In this document: positions 23,721 through 37,927 of the stretch, one piece after another | How the letters are laid out: the number at the start of each line of letters is the position of its first letter | How positions within the stretch are numbered: the first letter of the stretch is position 1 | NCBI GenBank assembly: GCA_951406725.2 | Contig: OX597814.1 | Coordinates: forward strand, 23,436,001 to 23,500,000 | Source: Octopus vulgaris | Taxonomy: Eukaryota | Length of the DNA: 64,000 nt | Direction: 5' to 3' | Position numbers and translations under genes: made by a program | The notes under the pieces: model-generated | Told to the model about the DNA's origin: nothing | Seen by the model: only the letters and a program-made list of their open reading frames with translations | Databases searched by the model: none

Positions 23721-25944
23721 AGTTTATATACAACAGATTTTATCACCTTTGAAATATTGGAAGTGATAGCAATAAGTTTGTAGCTGACAGGTTCATTTAC
23801 CTTTTGTGGGTAGAGGCACTACTGAAGTTTTAACCCTTGGCTATTGTGTGTAAATATTTGTGAAGTTCAAAAGAGAGAATTTTATTGAGTGCATGCAGTG
23901 TAGATTTGAAAGCAAAGCTGGCAACAAATGTGGAGGTTTTCCCTACGGGTGTGTTGTTTACAGAACCAGAGTGGTGTGTAAGAAGACACATAGAAATATA
24001 TAACAAATATATAAACATATATGTCTCTGAGCTCGTGTCTATTTACATATAGACAACACATACATACAAACATGATTTCTTTTACTGTCACTTTAATGAC
24101 TGATACATATTCAATATTCAATTTCAGGATGCTGCCATTTCACATACAAAAAAAAAAAAAAGAAAAAAAAAAGAAAAAAAATCAATAATAGTAGCTCCCA
24201 AATGGTTAATGTAAATATTTTACAATTTAGACGAGTTTGTGTATTGTATATGTGTAGGACAAAATAGAGCTTTTGCTATGATTGTGCGGATAAGAACAGT
24301 TTGAAAACCACAACTGACATTTTTCGATGAATTAATTGAATTTATTGCAACTACTATCTGCAATAATGTATTAAGCTTTTTTTTCTCTTTTTTTTTTGCT
24401 ACAAAAAAAAAAAGACAAGTGTAAAAAATATTCCTTGCCTCTGCAATTCATTTCATTTTACTGATGAGTACAGTGTTCAATATTTAAAAGTTCACTGTTA
24501 TCATTTCTTGTTTGTCTTATTTGATAGCTAAATTAAATCCTGAACCAATATCTTTAGCAATCAGCCCACATTATCTCATTGGTCACTAAATTTAATCAAT
24601 CAAATCTATTTATTTATTTATTTTAGCTGTATATTGATTTTATCTTGAAATTTCGATTATTGTCACAAGAAATAGGCATCCATTAGATATTGGCATTCAT
24701 TAAAACATTTGGTTTGAAAAGAGGAAGGTATTTTCTACACGAAACACAATTTTTATTATTGCTTTTCCTCTTATTTTCATTGATTGGCTATCAAACACTG
24801 TCTGATTATGATTGACCTTAACGTAGACATGATTGAGGAATCTTTTAATGTTGGAAAATTACTGCATAGAATACAAATAAGTTGTATTAGGCTCAAACAG
24901 GATGGATTGGCCTGAGATACCATTATTTGTTACTAAATAAAAGAATTTAGATTTCCTAAGATGTTTATCAAGGTAACTGCAGTGGAAATTGAATTATTAA
25001 AGGGCACAAAAGATGCACATTGGTTTGCTATACAGCTATTGATGATTTTGGTGGTTAGAGATAGCAACATGGTGAAACCAGGATAATTTCTCCTGTTATA
25101 GTAAAGCTGTTGTTACCAAAATAGTTAGTCAGGACAAGACATACTAAATTTAACTAATGAAATAACAATGAAGAGAATTCCTTATTGCTCAGTCTCATTC
25201 ATAGACTTTTAGGCTATGCGTAACAGACATACCATTATCATCAGCAGTGGTTTATATATTGGAATTCGTTGGACAGTTTTTCTGAGGCAGTGTTTTACAA
25301 CTAGATGCTCTTTACTCTTTCCATCAGAATCTTTTTAATATCTTACAACACACAAGATCATGTTGTTCCCATCTAAATGGTCATATGTTAATATAGATGA
25401 TATAAATAAGCCATGGAGTGGTTTATTTATATCAAGTGCCAAGCTCATGTATATGAGATGGATGCTTCAATATCCTGCCACTCCATTATCATTTTTAAGG
25501 GAATTCACTATTTTATTGATAAAAATGTTCATACAAAAAAAAAAAAAATGCTGCAAAATTTAAATAACATAGGTACAAATTTAATGCTTTCCATTCAATA
25601 AATCCCATTGATCTATTGATTTCATTACTTTGTTTGTGCAACAGAAAATTTACCTGAGCATAGCTTTCAGGTTTTAATCACCAATAAAAAAAGAATAGAA
25701 ACAGATACTTTGACTCAGGAAACAACTAAAAAGAAAATCCTGCTGAAGAGTATTTGTGTCGTCTCCATCAACACTTACTTAATAAACAAATTGTGCTCCC
25801 TTCCCATGCGCTTGAATTGCTCTTGAATTTTACACCTGCTAAGCTAAAATGCCAATCAACCATGCTTTCGTATTACACATGCTCCTACATAAAGGACAAT
25901 ACATATTGACTGAATTATAAAGTTCACATCTTCCTCATATTTCA

Positions 25945-26338
25945 GCATCCTCATCATCATTGTCATCATTTAACACTTGTATTTCATACTGGTATGAGTT
26001 GAACAGTTTGATAGGATCTGACAGATCAAAGGACTGTGTTGGGCTCCAATGTCTGTTTTGGAAGGGTTTCTACAAATAGATGCCCTTTCTAATGCCAGCC
26101 ACTTTGCAGAGTGTACTTGATGCATTTTTTGTGATACCACCACTAGTGAGGTCACCAAGTAGTTTGGGAGGCAAGATCCCTTGATTAAAGAGGAAAGGAT
26201 TAGTATTAAGGGAGGTGGTTAATGCCAAATGTTGAAAGGTAAGAGTATGATAGAGGGATAGGAACAGGTGTCTTGCAGTAGAGGAGATATATGGCTGTGC
26301 CAGCTAGAAATACTGAGAAGAGGATGGTGGTGGTGACA
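25945..26338 (-). mobile_element. Old RTE 3' tail fragment
   Basis: (CAT)n...TTTAACA...GATGCCCTTTCTAATGCCA.CCACTTT, shared with the other RTE tails. Confidence 0.7.
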
Positions 26339-26354
26339 TGTTAGGCATGCTCTT

Positions 26355-26557
26355 ATTTCTTTATTGCCCACAAGGGGCTAAACATAGAGGGTTTAAGTTG
26401 ATTAAATCGACCCCAGTGCGTAACTGGTACTTAATTTATTGACCCCGAAAGGATGAAAGGCAAATATAACCTTGGCGGAATTTGAACTCAGAACGTAATG
26501 GCAGACGAAATACCCCTAAGCATTTCACCCAGTGTGCTAACGATTCTGCCAGCTTGC
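26355..26557 (-). mobile_element. SINE family A
   Basis: Matches family A; 16-bp TSD TGTTAGGCATGCTCTT (26339-26354, 26558-26573). Confidence 0.9.
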
Positions 26558-27662
26558 TGTTAGGCATGCTCTTGAGATACAGGATGGTGAATATGAGGTG
26601 GGTGGAGGCAGAGGAACAAATGAGATAGGGACTGAGGATCAGGTAAGTTTGTGAGAATATGAGGTTAGTGAAAGATGGTTAGAGGTGGGGACATATGTAA
26701 CCCAATGAACAGCAAACACTACAGGGCCATATTCAATAGCAATTATATCAGTTATGGGGAAGATGAAAGAAATAAGAGTAGGTTGGAGAGAAGGAAGTGG
26801 TAGTTCAAAAAAAGGGATTGGGGTGGAGAGTAGCATTGTAATATAATCATATACTAGTAAAAATAAAATGTTTTGGTATATATGTAATTGTTAAAAAATT
26901 GTTATAAAAATATGCTTCCTTTTTCTTGATCAATTAAACAAACATATTTCATACAGGTAGCGCTAGACAATCTAATAAATACAACATATTCATAAAATGT
27001 GTTTGTTGTTAATGTTGTAGTTATTGATTAGATACAGTACAGCTCTAATCAGATAAACTTATAATTAAGGATGCTCCAGCCTTGACCATCACATCTTTTT
27101 ATACAACTTTATCTAATATCTTAAATTTTTTTAAGATGCTAAAATATAATTTGAAGGATATTTGGCTGCTATTTCTAGCATGTGGAATGACCATGCTGTA
27201 GCTTCCTCTTGAAATGTTAGTGTACTTATCTTCTAGCTTCATGATATTCCTATCATCAACCACTCAATTTTGAAGTGTCTGTACTTTGTAAATTCCTTTT
27301 GTCTGAAACATTCAGGATTGTCAAGTATCTTCTCCTCAGACAAATCTATGATTACAGTAAAATTTAAGGATTTTGCCAAAATTCAAGCATCAAGAGATCT
27401 CAAAGACTGTAGAGTATGTAATTGCCAGTGAATGCATATCTGTTTCATGTTTATTTTATATGTATTTAAGGATGTGATTATGATTATCTTCTGTTCTGTG
27501 AACAGAGCAGAAGGAATTTCCACCAATAAAATGGAGAAAATCTTTGAAATTGACACTAGTTGATAATAATTTCTAAGTTTACATTTTACGAACAAAAATA
27601 CTCTCAACATTTTACAGGTTCAATTCAAATTTGCAGTAGCTAAAGCCTCTAACATTGATAAA

Positions 27663-28053
27663 TCTCTCTCTATATAAAACTGAAGTTGTCTGTGTATGGC
27701 AGGTTTGGTAGCCTTCAACTAACACTATCTCCTCCCAGACCCTGCGGCACAAGTCGACCAAAATTGAGAGTATGATAGAGGAAGGCTTGCTTTTCCTTCC
27801 GAGAAGAAAAAATTCAAATCGGACCATGTTAAGACGAAAAATTATTTACATAAAAAATGTGCTTTTTTTCTATGAAAATCCCGATTTTTTACGATTTTTT
27901 GACTGTTGTGTCACCATTTTTCGGTGTATTTCAACAAGAAAAATGTTCACTTAAAAAGAATAACAAGCTACATAATGCAAAATCTTTACTTTTCAAAAAT
28001 TCCAATTTTAAAGGGTCGAAACAAAACCGAGCAACGCCGGGCGATACTGCTAG
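27663..28053 (+). mobile_element. Non-autonomous Helitron, copy 2 (complete ends)
   Basis: A|TC 5' end; GC-rich subterminal hairpin CCGAGCAACGCCGG; terminal CTAG|T at 28050-28053; no TSD. Confidence 0.9.
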
Positions 28054-28962
28054 TCAAATAAGTAATCAACCAGACAAGGGAAACAACTCCTGCACAGCCC
28101 ACCAAAATGACAAGCTAGTTGATATTGAAGTTTGGTAGCTGAGAGTATAAGGTAGCTAAAAATAATTTCAGATGTCATAAAATCAAAACATATAAATAAT
28201 TGATATCTAGGTAAAATACAAGTAAAAATAAAGTACAAAGTAGAAAAGTGGTTGCTTTGGAGGAAAGCAAATGAAGATAAAGTGATGCTTCAAGCAGTAA
28301 TCCAGAAATCCTTTTATCAAGTTATACTTAACACCATGATATACTTGTTTCCTAACTTTGTGTAGTACAACCATTCATCTTCCACTTAAACAGAATACCA
28401 TTGCTGTAGAAAATAACTGACTTGCTTTTTGTTGAAAGACCCAAGTTTTATTATTTTTCCTACCACACACACACACACCACTTGCCTTCTCTACACATGC
28501 TCTCAAATGCATTGCCCCAACTGTCTACCATATGCCCATACCCTTCGCTATAACATCTTGCTCACATTACCCACTAATATCATGCCTTGCTCACTGTGTA
28601 CACAGATAATCGCACAAAATCTTGTTCAATCATTTAACTCCCCTTTTGCTCTGTCTGTTTGTCTATCTGTTTGTCACTATTATATGCATGCATGCGCATA
28701 CACTCACACATACACGCACACACACACATCACTTTTTCTATCCATACACACACTTTACCTCCCATTTGCACACACCCCACATATTATGATGCCATACATA
28801 TACCACTCACTAATACTTAACCTATCTTTTCATACATTTATTTGCGTGCTTTGCTGACTCCCATTTTTCGACTAGTTTGGTCTGAAGGAGGTGGCTGTGC
28901 CCATCACATTGACAAGAATTTCTGAGACTAGTGAGAGAGATGTTAATGATATTCCACTTGAA

Positions 28963-29197
28963 TAAGGCGGCAAGCTGGCAGAAACGTTAACACGCCAGGC
29001 GAAATGCGTAGCTGTATTTCGTCTGCCATTACGTTCTGAGTTCAAATTCCGCCAAGGTCGATTTTTGCCTTTCATCCTTTCAGGGTTGATAAATTAAGTA
29101 CCAAGTATGCACTGGGGTCGATGTAATCGCCTTAATCCGTTTGTCTGTCCTTGTTTGTCCTCTCTTTGTTTAGCCCCTTGTGGGTAGTAAAGAAATA
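28963..29197 (+). mobile_element. SINE family A, full length
   Basis: Matches 14713-14945; 15-bp TSD GATATTCCACTTGAA (28948-28962, 29198-29212). Confidence 0.92.
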
Positions 29198-30249
29198 GAT
29201 ATTCCACTTGAAATGTTGCGAATCATTAGTTGTTGGAAAAGCATGTGCAGCATAGGTAGGAATTCTAGAGGGGGGGAAATTTGTAATTAATGGTCAATGT
29301 GTGGTGCTGGCATTGGACACAGTACTGGTAATGAACAGAAGAGAAAGAAACTAGAAGTGTCTGAGTGGAGATGACATGAGGCCAGTTACCCTTAAGGAGG
29401 AGAAGCTACTTTAGAGGCAAAGAAATGTGGGAACATGATTGCAAGTCAGAGGCTGGATTGTGTTTTATGGGTATTTCATGTCAATTAATTGAGAGATTTC
29501 TTCATTATGATCATAAGATCTAATATAGGACAATACAAAATATTAATAAAGAAATACTCAGTGAGTTTTTTTCAGTTCGTTTTTTTTTACACAAAAATAT
29601 ATCAAGTTAAAAATACATGATTTATATGATTAAAAATTTTGATTTCCTTACATTTTTTTCTTGTTGGTCTACTTTCCAATGGCTACATCCTTTTTTTCCC
29701 TCATGGTAGATTAACTAGGGACACTCACTCCCAACTTCCTTACCACATCCTTCCGTCTTTTCTCATGTATACTTCTAGACAGGTCTCTCCTTTCCAGCCT
29801 ATGTCAATTAATTGAGAGGCCTTTCTTTAGATGTCATCATAAATATTTGTGTAAAAATAGTACCAGATGTTTGGAAGGCAGAGCACTGAAAATCCCACCC
29901 AAGCTTTGTAGAGCAGGGTTAACAGTTGTAAGTGGAGAAGGCAGGGACTGATGTATCTTTTGGTTCTGAAGTGGAATGCTAGTCTTTGTGATGCAGTCTT
30001 TGTTATGTTGTAGATATTTCAGCAGGAATTGTTCTCAGAGTTGCCAACGCCTAGCATTTGAAGTGACTGTGGGTTAAAGGTAGGACCAGGGGCCATAATG
30101 CTTTCTTGATATGCACAGTGATTGTATCTCATTGAAGGACACAACATTTGCATAACTCCATGGGAGAATTTTCCCAATGTTCATGACTAAGAGCAGATTT
30201 GGTATGATTGCCTTCAGATGATGCATTGCTTAGAATTGGACACACACAC

Positions 30250-30285
<36 letters not shown>

Positions 30286-33200
30286 ACACACCTAATTACA
30301 TGTTACCACCTTCGTCCATACTTGTCATAAATGCACATACATACTTCATTTCCTTTCTGTACTTCTCATGTTTATCACACTTATTTCTCTTACCAATACT
30401 CCCATTTTCTTTTGTTCTTTGCTTGAAAAAGCATCTTCTTTACTCTGTTGCTTCCTGCCTGCCATTCTAGCATGTTATTCTTCTACCTCAATGTCATTTA
30501 TTTATTCCTTTTTTTTTTCATTCCTTTCTATTTTTGTTTCTTAGTTTCTTTCTTTCCATTATTCTTTCTCTATTTCTTCTATATTTCCTTTCTATCTCCT
30601 TCTCCCTCTTTTGACAAAGGAACACTGCCCCGAAATATTCACTTATTTTCCTTTCTTCCATGGAGCAATTTCCATGACATTGTACTTTATTGATTGATTT
30701 TGTTGCTTTTGCTTGTGTTACCTGGATATTAATTACTTGGATATTGTTTAAAAATAACAAAGCAGTTTTAACCCAAATTACCACTAGATTAATTATTTCA
30801 TAAAATTAGAAATAACAAACACGACAAAAGAAAAAAACTTCTCTGTTTCAAATAAATGATTAGTAAGAAGAATACATGATATTAAGTAATTCCTAATTCA
30901 ATATATTCCATGAAGAATCTGGTCATTCAACGGATAACATGGTACTTAGATTAGATGACTGCTTGGAAAACATTGTGAATCAAGTAAAAGAATAAAAATA
31001 CTAAAACTGTCTTGTTTCTTTAAATTGTTTTATTTGAATGCTGACTTTGTTTTCAATATTTTGACACTCATTTGATACTATCCATCTAAAACTGCCATCA
31101 CTTCTAAAATAAATCTCTTATTTTAATATGTTTGTATTCAATTTAAACTTTTTATTATAATTTTATATAAGAATGTTTTATTCAGTTATATTCCAAACAC
31201 TTACTTATTTTAGGAAGAAATGAAAACGTTTGTTATTTTTACTAAATCCATTTGAAATCCTGATCATTTTCACAAATAACTAAAACATATCGAAGTTTAT
31301 TACATCCAGAATATGGCCACCACAAAAGCTTAACTAATTATGCGCAAAAGTTTTCATCATAGCATTTATAATAGCCGTCACACCTGCTTTGCTATTATTG
31401 TTTTTCCAATCTAAGCTGAAATAAGTAATCTGTAGCATCATGTAATAAACTTTTACTTTGAAGCAATACATGTTTTCATGTTTTAGGAATTAATATACAG
31501 AAAATGGAAATCTGGAGAAATTTACTTTATAACATTTACAAGGTTCTAAAAATCATATAAAATTATGAATTTTCAGGAATTGTATGAAAAAAATGTATGG
31601 CAAATAAAATATCCATATTAGATTTATATGTGATTAATAAATCTGTTATGTACATAGAATCAATGATAGCATGTTTATGCGGTTGCTGAATCTGCTAGAA
31701 ATAGCACTGGTGATTTAGTACAAGACAGTACTATATCCAAGTAAAAGATGGGTTAATTACTTTAACCATAGGTCTTCCGTATCATGGTTGTCCTGGGTCT
31801 AAACATCACCACTGTCATCTCACCACCAGTAGCACCACTACCACTACCATCATTGCCTCAACCAACATATTTTTTGATACTGTCATTGTCGTCTTCATCA
31901 TCACGTGTCTCGTACATTTTTCTGTGTTCAAAAATAAAGAAATTATATGGTAACCATAATAATGTAAGTATAGTTATTGTAATAGTATAAAATCATAGGG
32001 AAAAATGGAGAATGAATAGAAGTGCATTAGAGGAGAACCTGAGAATTATCGTGTTCAAATACAGCATTCTCATGCAGACTTTCGAAACACTTAATAAAGA
32101 AAGCAAAAGACTGTATTGAAATGCAGCGATGAATATAAATAATTTATTCACATATAATGGACTCTACCTACTTTACCACAATGTGTAGCAATAGTTTAAT
32201 ATTTATATATGTAAACCACAACACATATATGTATGTATATACAAAAAAAAACTATAACAGAAACATTTGATGCATTAAATTTATAATGTATAGTAACTGT
32301 TGGTCATGTTTGATGTTATGAGACATCAGTTTTCATCAATATTAGCTGGGGAAAATATAACACACAACGCCAGTCACGAGCAACAGTCAGGATATATTTG
32401 AAACACAAAGAGCCAAATAGAGATAGGATATGATGGAGTCAATATCCTTTTGCATTTAATAACATGTTTCAAAAACCGGTGAAATAGTCAAAACACAGGC
32501 ATAATATCAGTCAGTATAAATACATTTTGAATCGAAAAATAATATTAAAAAATCATGTGCATATAACTAAAAATGTGTTATAGTCATGCTGGCATTACTT
32601 TCCCCATACAAGCAAACATACACACAATATATTTTATAGTCGTAAACAACAATCTAAGATTTAAGAATAACAGAAAAACCACTGACAGGAATTGAACATT
32701 ATATCTTTAGCTTATCACATTATAGTATGAATAGGGGAATCATCACATTCTCCATAGACATTTATATCCCTTTTTGATATTGAACTGCCACTTGATATTG
32801 GTATCATATTTTTTTCCTGTCATTCATCAATAACATATCTATGGAAAGACATGTTTACCAAAACAAGGTATCCCACCTGAATTTAGCGTGTTAATTACGC
32901 TGATTTAATACTGTTAATTTGTGGTTAATTCAACCATAAAGTGTATGAATGTATTATAAAATACTTTTATATAAAATGTTAATAGAATGTTAAATGCTAT
33001 ACAGTTATAAGAATCACTTTGAGGGGGAAAATAATTACAAACCCACAGAGAGGATTTCACAAGAGGGAACTCATTACTTGCTGGTTTGATTGAAGAGTTG
33101 ATTCTCATCTGGAAATTTACTAGATTTTATGCCAATTTGTTTTTATTACTATAAAATGTTTAATAATGTTTATTTGCATGTGAACATATTTACATTTTTA

Positions 33201-33984
33201 AAGGATTTCAGAATAGTGACATCAATATGTTTCTATGACTGGTAATAGATCTGACACATTGTCTCTTATTGTGACTTCCTAGTTTTCATGCATTATTGGT
33301 AATTAAAATTTCTAAAATCATGTAGTGCTAAAATAATTTTCAAAATTATGCCGCTATTTAAGGTGAAACTATATTGTGGAAGATTTCAAGAAGGCCTTGA
33401 CAAACTTCATCACATTTTCTGTCCATACAGCTAAATGTTTGTAATCATAACGTTATTAAACATCAGTTTCCTTTAAGATGCCTTCTCCATCAAGTTGACA
33501 GAGCATTAAAGACAAGCTTGGCAAGGAAGCGTTGAAGCATGTAAGCTGTTAAGATGATCACAAATCATCTATGATGATCAAATGTGCAACTGGCCATGAA
33601 GCCACTTAGCTTGATTAACAGATGATTTGATTGGATTAGCTAGATCAAATATTAATAAGATTTTCAACAACCAAGTAGATTCACTAACATGTATGTTTGC
33701 ACATAGCGGTATGAATATGAACTGACTGACAGACTGAAATATCAATGTTCAGTATATAACTTGCTAATGATTGCATAAATGTGTATCCTATAAGAGGAAC
33801 TAACTGAAGAAGTATTGAAGAAATATGTTAATTCATATTTTTCAGCTATGAATATCTTTCCTCTTTCAAAATTAAAGGAAGCAACATAAAATACTTTGTA
33901 GAAGTGACGACAACACTAACAACAACCACAACAATAGAAAGTATTAGTTGTAACATTGGTACAAGATCACAAATCTAGTAGCAA

Positions 33985-34010
33985 GAGAGAGGGAGAAGTG
34001 GAGAGAGAAG

Positions 34011-34088
<78 letters not shown>
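33985..34088. repeat. (GA)n microsatellite
   Basis: Visible array. Confidence 0.95.
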
Positions 34089-34092
<4 letters not shown>

Positions 34093-34373
34093 AGTCAATT
34101 TAATGAACATGTAATTAATACTTATTTTACTGACCCTGAAGAGGTGAAAGGTAAAATCAATTATTGTGCCATTGGGACCCAGAATATAACTAGAAGTCAT
34201 TAAGCATTTTTTCTGGTGGTTTAATAAATCTACACTTCACCACATATTCATAATAGAGCAGTAGAGGATTGAAATATTAAGTATTATTATTTAGCCACCT
34301 TCCCCAAATTCTCAGAACTCTTGCCTATTGTAGAAAGGATTATTATTATTATTGTTGTCGTTGTTGTTATTAT

Positions 34374-34784
34374 ACTCTTTACTCTTTTACTCTTATACTT
34401 GTTTCAATCATTTGACTGCGGCCATGCTGGAGCACCGCCTTTAGTCGAACAAATCGACCCCAGGACTTATTCTTTGTAAGCCCAGTACTTATTCTATTGG
34501 TCTCTTTTGCCGAACCGCTAAGTGACGGGGACGTAAACACACCAGCATCGGTTGTCAAGCAATGCTAGGGGGACAAACACAGACACACAAACATATACAC
34601 ACACACTTATATACATATATACATATATACGACAGGCTTCTTTCAGTTTCCGTCTACCAAATCCACTCACAAGGCATTGGTCAGCCCAGGGCTATAGCAG
34701 AAGACACTTGCCCAAGATGCCACGCAGTGGGACTGAACCCGGAACCATGTGGTTGGTTAGCAAGCTACTTACCACACAGCCACT
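34374..34784 (-). mobile_element. SINE family B, full length (tRNA head, CORE-like block, internal (TA)/(TG) microsatellite, AAGAGTA-type tail)
   Basis: Minus strand: GTGGCTGTGTGGTAAGTAGCTTGC...GGGTTCAGTCCC...TTGGGCAAGTGTCTTC...microsatellite...GAAACAAGTATAAGAGTAAAAGAGT. Confidence 0.88.
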
Positions 34785-34819
34785 TAATAATATTTTTATT
34801 ATTATCATCATTATTATGA

Positions 34820-35030
34820 TTAAGGCAGCAAGCTGGCAGAATTATTAGCATGCCAGATGAAAATGCTTAGTTACCTTTCATCCATCTTGATGTATGAGTT
34901 CAAATTCCACCAAGGGCAACTTTGCTTTTCATCCTTTCGGGACCAATAAAATAAATGCTAGTTGAGTACTGGGGTCAATGCAATTAACTTACTCCTTCTC
35001 GAAAATTGCTGGCCTTGTACCAAAATTTGA
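34820..35030 (+). mobile_element. Diverged SINE family A variant
   Basis: AAGGCAGCAAGCTGGCAG...GAGTTCAAATTCC...TTTCATCCTTTCGGG. Confidence 0.8.
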
Positions 35031-35059
35031 AATCATCATCATCATTCTTCTTCTTCTTC

Positions 35060-35148
<89 letters not shown>

Positions 35149-35187
35149 GATGTTGTTGTTGTTATTATTATTATTATTATTATTATT

Positions 35188-35722
35188 GCTTCGTAACACA
35201 GTGTAGGAAAAAAATGCACAGTCTTTAGTCATCTGTCATCAAGGACCTCAGACATTTAATACTTTCCTTAAGATGTGCGCTGTGCCTAATAAGGCTGCTT
35301 CTTGCAAGACATCAACCTTGCATGGTATTTCCAGTTGCCTTAAAAAGTTTTGAAGTTTCAATGGGATTGAGCTCAATGCTCCGATCACCACTGGTATCAC
35401 TTTTACATTACCGTCTCACATTCCATACAGTCTTGCTATTTCCACTTTCAATTTGGAGGAATTGGTGGTTTTTGCAACCTTTTTACTCACAACATTCATG
35501 CTATTTGGTATGGCTACATCAATTCTGTTTTGATAGTTTCTATCCACATTGCATCCCTTTTATGCACTACATTGTTTCCCCATAATCCACTCCAGAACTC
35601 CTTGGCTTGATTTGCATCAGGAGTAACATTTTCCCCATTGTCTCCTTCTAATGCTCGGAAGAATTGCTTCAGGTTACTTTTGAACAACCTGTTCTCCTCA
35701 AACTGCTTATTTCTGTTCAGTT
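35188..35722 (-). mobile_element. Internally deleted R4/Dong-like (RLE) non-LTR retrotransposon embedded in (TAA)n
   Basis: N-terminal piece ENRLFKSNLKQFFRAL...PDANQAKEFWSGLW...HKRDAMWI is joined to the C-terminus LKVEIARL...VKVIPVVIGALSSIP...LQEAALLGTAHILRKVLNV* (stop at 35248-35250). (TAA)n on both sides. Confidence 0.75.
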
Positions 35723-35733
35723 TATTATTATCA

Positions 35734-35801
<68 letters not shown>

Positions 35802-36503
35802 GAGTGAGAGAGCAGTGCATGCCATCAAAGTGACACTGGGGTAAAATATACGAAGCCCAGTATACCCATCATGACTACCCGTCTGATAAGGGTACACTAG
35901 GCACATGCATCACAACCATATGTGCGCGACATGGTGATCTCATATCAAGATAAGCAGCACATGACCTTGCAGGTGGGGCCCACTTAGAATTTTCTTCAGG
36001 TCAAGTAACCCATCCTGCTCAAAAGGTCCCTGAATAAGGGTTGTTTAAGGATGTTGAATGAAACACCCATGTTTCCAGAGGTGAATTATTCAAACCCCAA
36101 AGAATCCCTCTCAACACATGGCTATGATGCTCCCCCACTACTTCTGCTCATGATCAGAGATGCACATATCGTCAGCCACTAAGGGACATGCTCAACTGGT
36201 TATGGTCAAACAACTGACAAGCAAATCTGTGGTATTGAGCAGAATATTTGCTGTAGCCCATCTCTTATACCAAGACAAAACAATGTACATGATAACACTT
36301 CTAATCAGTTAAGATCAGAAGCCATGAAAGCCACTGTCTGGTACTGCATCAGGGCATTGATGCTCCCCCACTACTTCTGCTCGTGATCAGAGATGCACAT
36401 ATCGTCAGCCACTAAGGGACATGCTCAACTGGTTAAGGTCAAACAACTGACAAGCAAATCTGTGGTATTGAGCAGAATATTTGCTGTAGCCCATCTTTTA
36501 TAC

Positions 36504-36545
<42 letters not shown>

Positions 36546-37175
36546 CGTCGATTGGCACCCATGCTGGTAACATGTAAATGTACCATTCAAATGTACCACT
36601 GGTCGATGCCAGTGCCGACTGACTGGACCCCTGCCGGTGGCACATAAAAAGCACCATTCGAGCATGGTCGTTGCCAGTGCTGCCTGACTGGCTCCCATGC
36701 TGGTGGAATTTAAAAAGCACCATTCAATTGTGGTCGATGTCAATACCTCCTGAATAACCCTCGTATGGGTAGCATGTAAAAAGCTCTTGGTATAAAAGAT
36801 GGGTTACAACAAATATTCTGCTCAATACCATACATTTGCTTGTCAGTTATTTGACCTTAACCAGTTGATCATGTTCCTTAGTCGTTGATAGTATGTGCAT
36901 CTCTGGTCACAAGCAGAAGTAGCAGGGGAGTATCATAGCCATATGTTGAGAGGAATTCTTTGGGGTTTGGATAATTCACCTTTGGAAAAGTGGGTGTTTC
37001 TTTCAACATCTCGTGGCTTCTGATCTTAACTGACTGGAAGTGTTATCATATCTTGGCATAAAAGAGAGGCTACAGCAAATATTCTGCTCAATGCCACAAA
37101 TTTGCTTGTCAGTTGCTTAGCCATAACCAGTTGAGCCTATCCCTTAGTGACTGATGATAAATGCATCTCTGATGT
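35802..37175. repeat. Unclassified interspersed repeat with a partial tandem duplication and inverted copies
   Basis: 36125-36270 is repeated at 36358-36504. Reverse-complement copies lie at ~36785-37010 and ~37050-37175. RTE 3'UTR units lie between (36545-36785). Confidence 0.8.
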
Positions 37176-37404
37176 CTCTATAAGTCAGACACAAGGCAAT
37201 AGAGGCAAGTCAATTGATCCAGCACTTTGCTAGTACTTTATTTTAAAGACTAGAAGAGATGAAAGACAAAGTTGACTTCCAGAGTGATTTAATATCAAGT
37301 AGTATATTATTTGCAAAGAGTTGCAATTTACTGGGGGCAGTGACTTGACATAAATACAAATAAGGACATCTTTTATGCAATCACACACGTGTGTGTGTGT
37401 GTGT

Positions 37405-37680
37405 GTATCATCATCACAATCATCATTATCATCATTGTTTAACATCTGCCTTTCATGTTGGCATTGGTTAGATGGCTTCACAGGAGCCTGCCAGGCAGAA
37501 GACAACACCAGGTTTCTGTGTCTGTTTTGGCATACTTTTTACAGCTGGATACTCTTCCAAATGCCAACCATTTCACAATGTGGACTGGATGCTTTTTACA
37601 TGGCACCAACACTGGCAGGATCACCAAATAACTTTCAAGGCAAGGAATCTTTGAGAGGGGAGCAGGCACTGAAGAAGGTG
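37405..37680 (-). mobile_element. Old RTE 3' tail fragment
   Basis: (CAT)n...TTTAACATCTG...ACAGCTGGAT.C.CTTCC.AATGCCAACCA. Confidence 0.7.
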
Positions 37681-37927
37681 ATATTGTGTCTGCTGAGCAC
37701 TCCACAATCATACATACCCTTAATGTAGTTCTCAAGTCAATTCAGCATGATAGAATGCAACAAGGCTGGCCCTTTGAAATACAAGTACAACTCATTTTTG
37801 CCAGCTGAGTGAACTGGAGCAATGAGAAATAAAGAGTCTTGCTCAAGGACACAACATATCACCAGGAATTGAACTTACAATGTTACCATTATGAGACAAC
37901 TATTCTAAACACTAAGCCATGTGCCTT
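37680..37927 (-). mobile_element. CORE-like SINE (family C variant)
   Basis: AACTCATTTTTGCCAGCTGAGTGAACTGGAGCAA...TCTTGCTCAAGGACACAAC...CACTAAGCCATG; left boundary approximate. Confidence 0.75.

Noticed and set aside
30605-30645. TTGACAAAGG...CCCGAAATATT, possible decayed hammerhead near PLE-like debris (28.9-30.2 kb)
   Set aside because: Too many core substitutions; the neighbouring PLE similarity is too weak to call.
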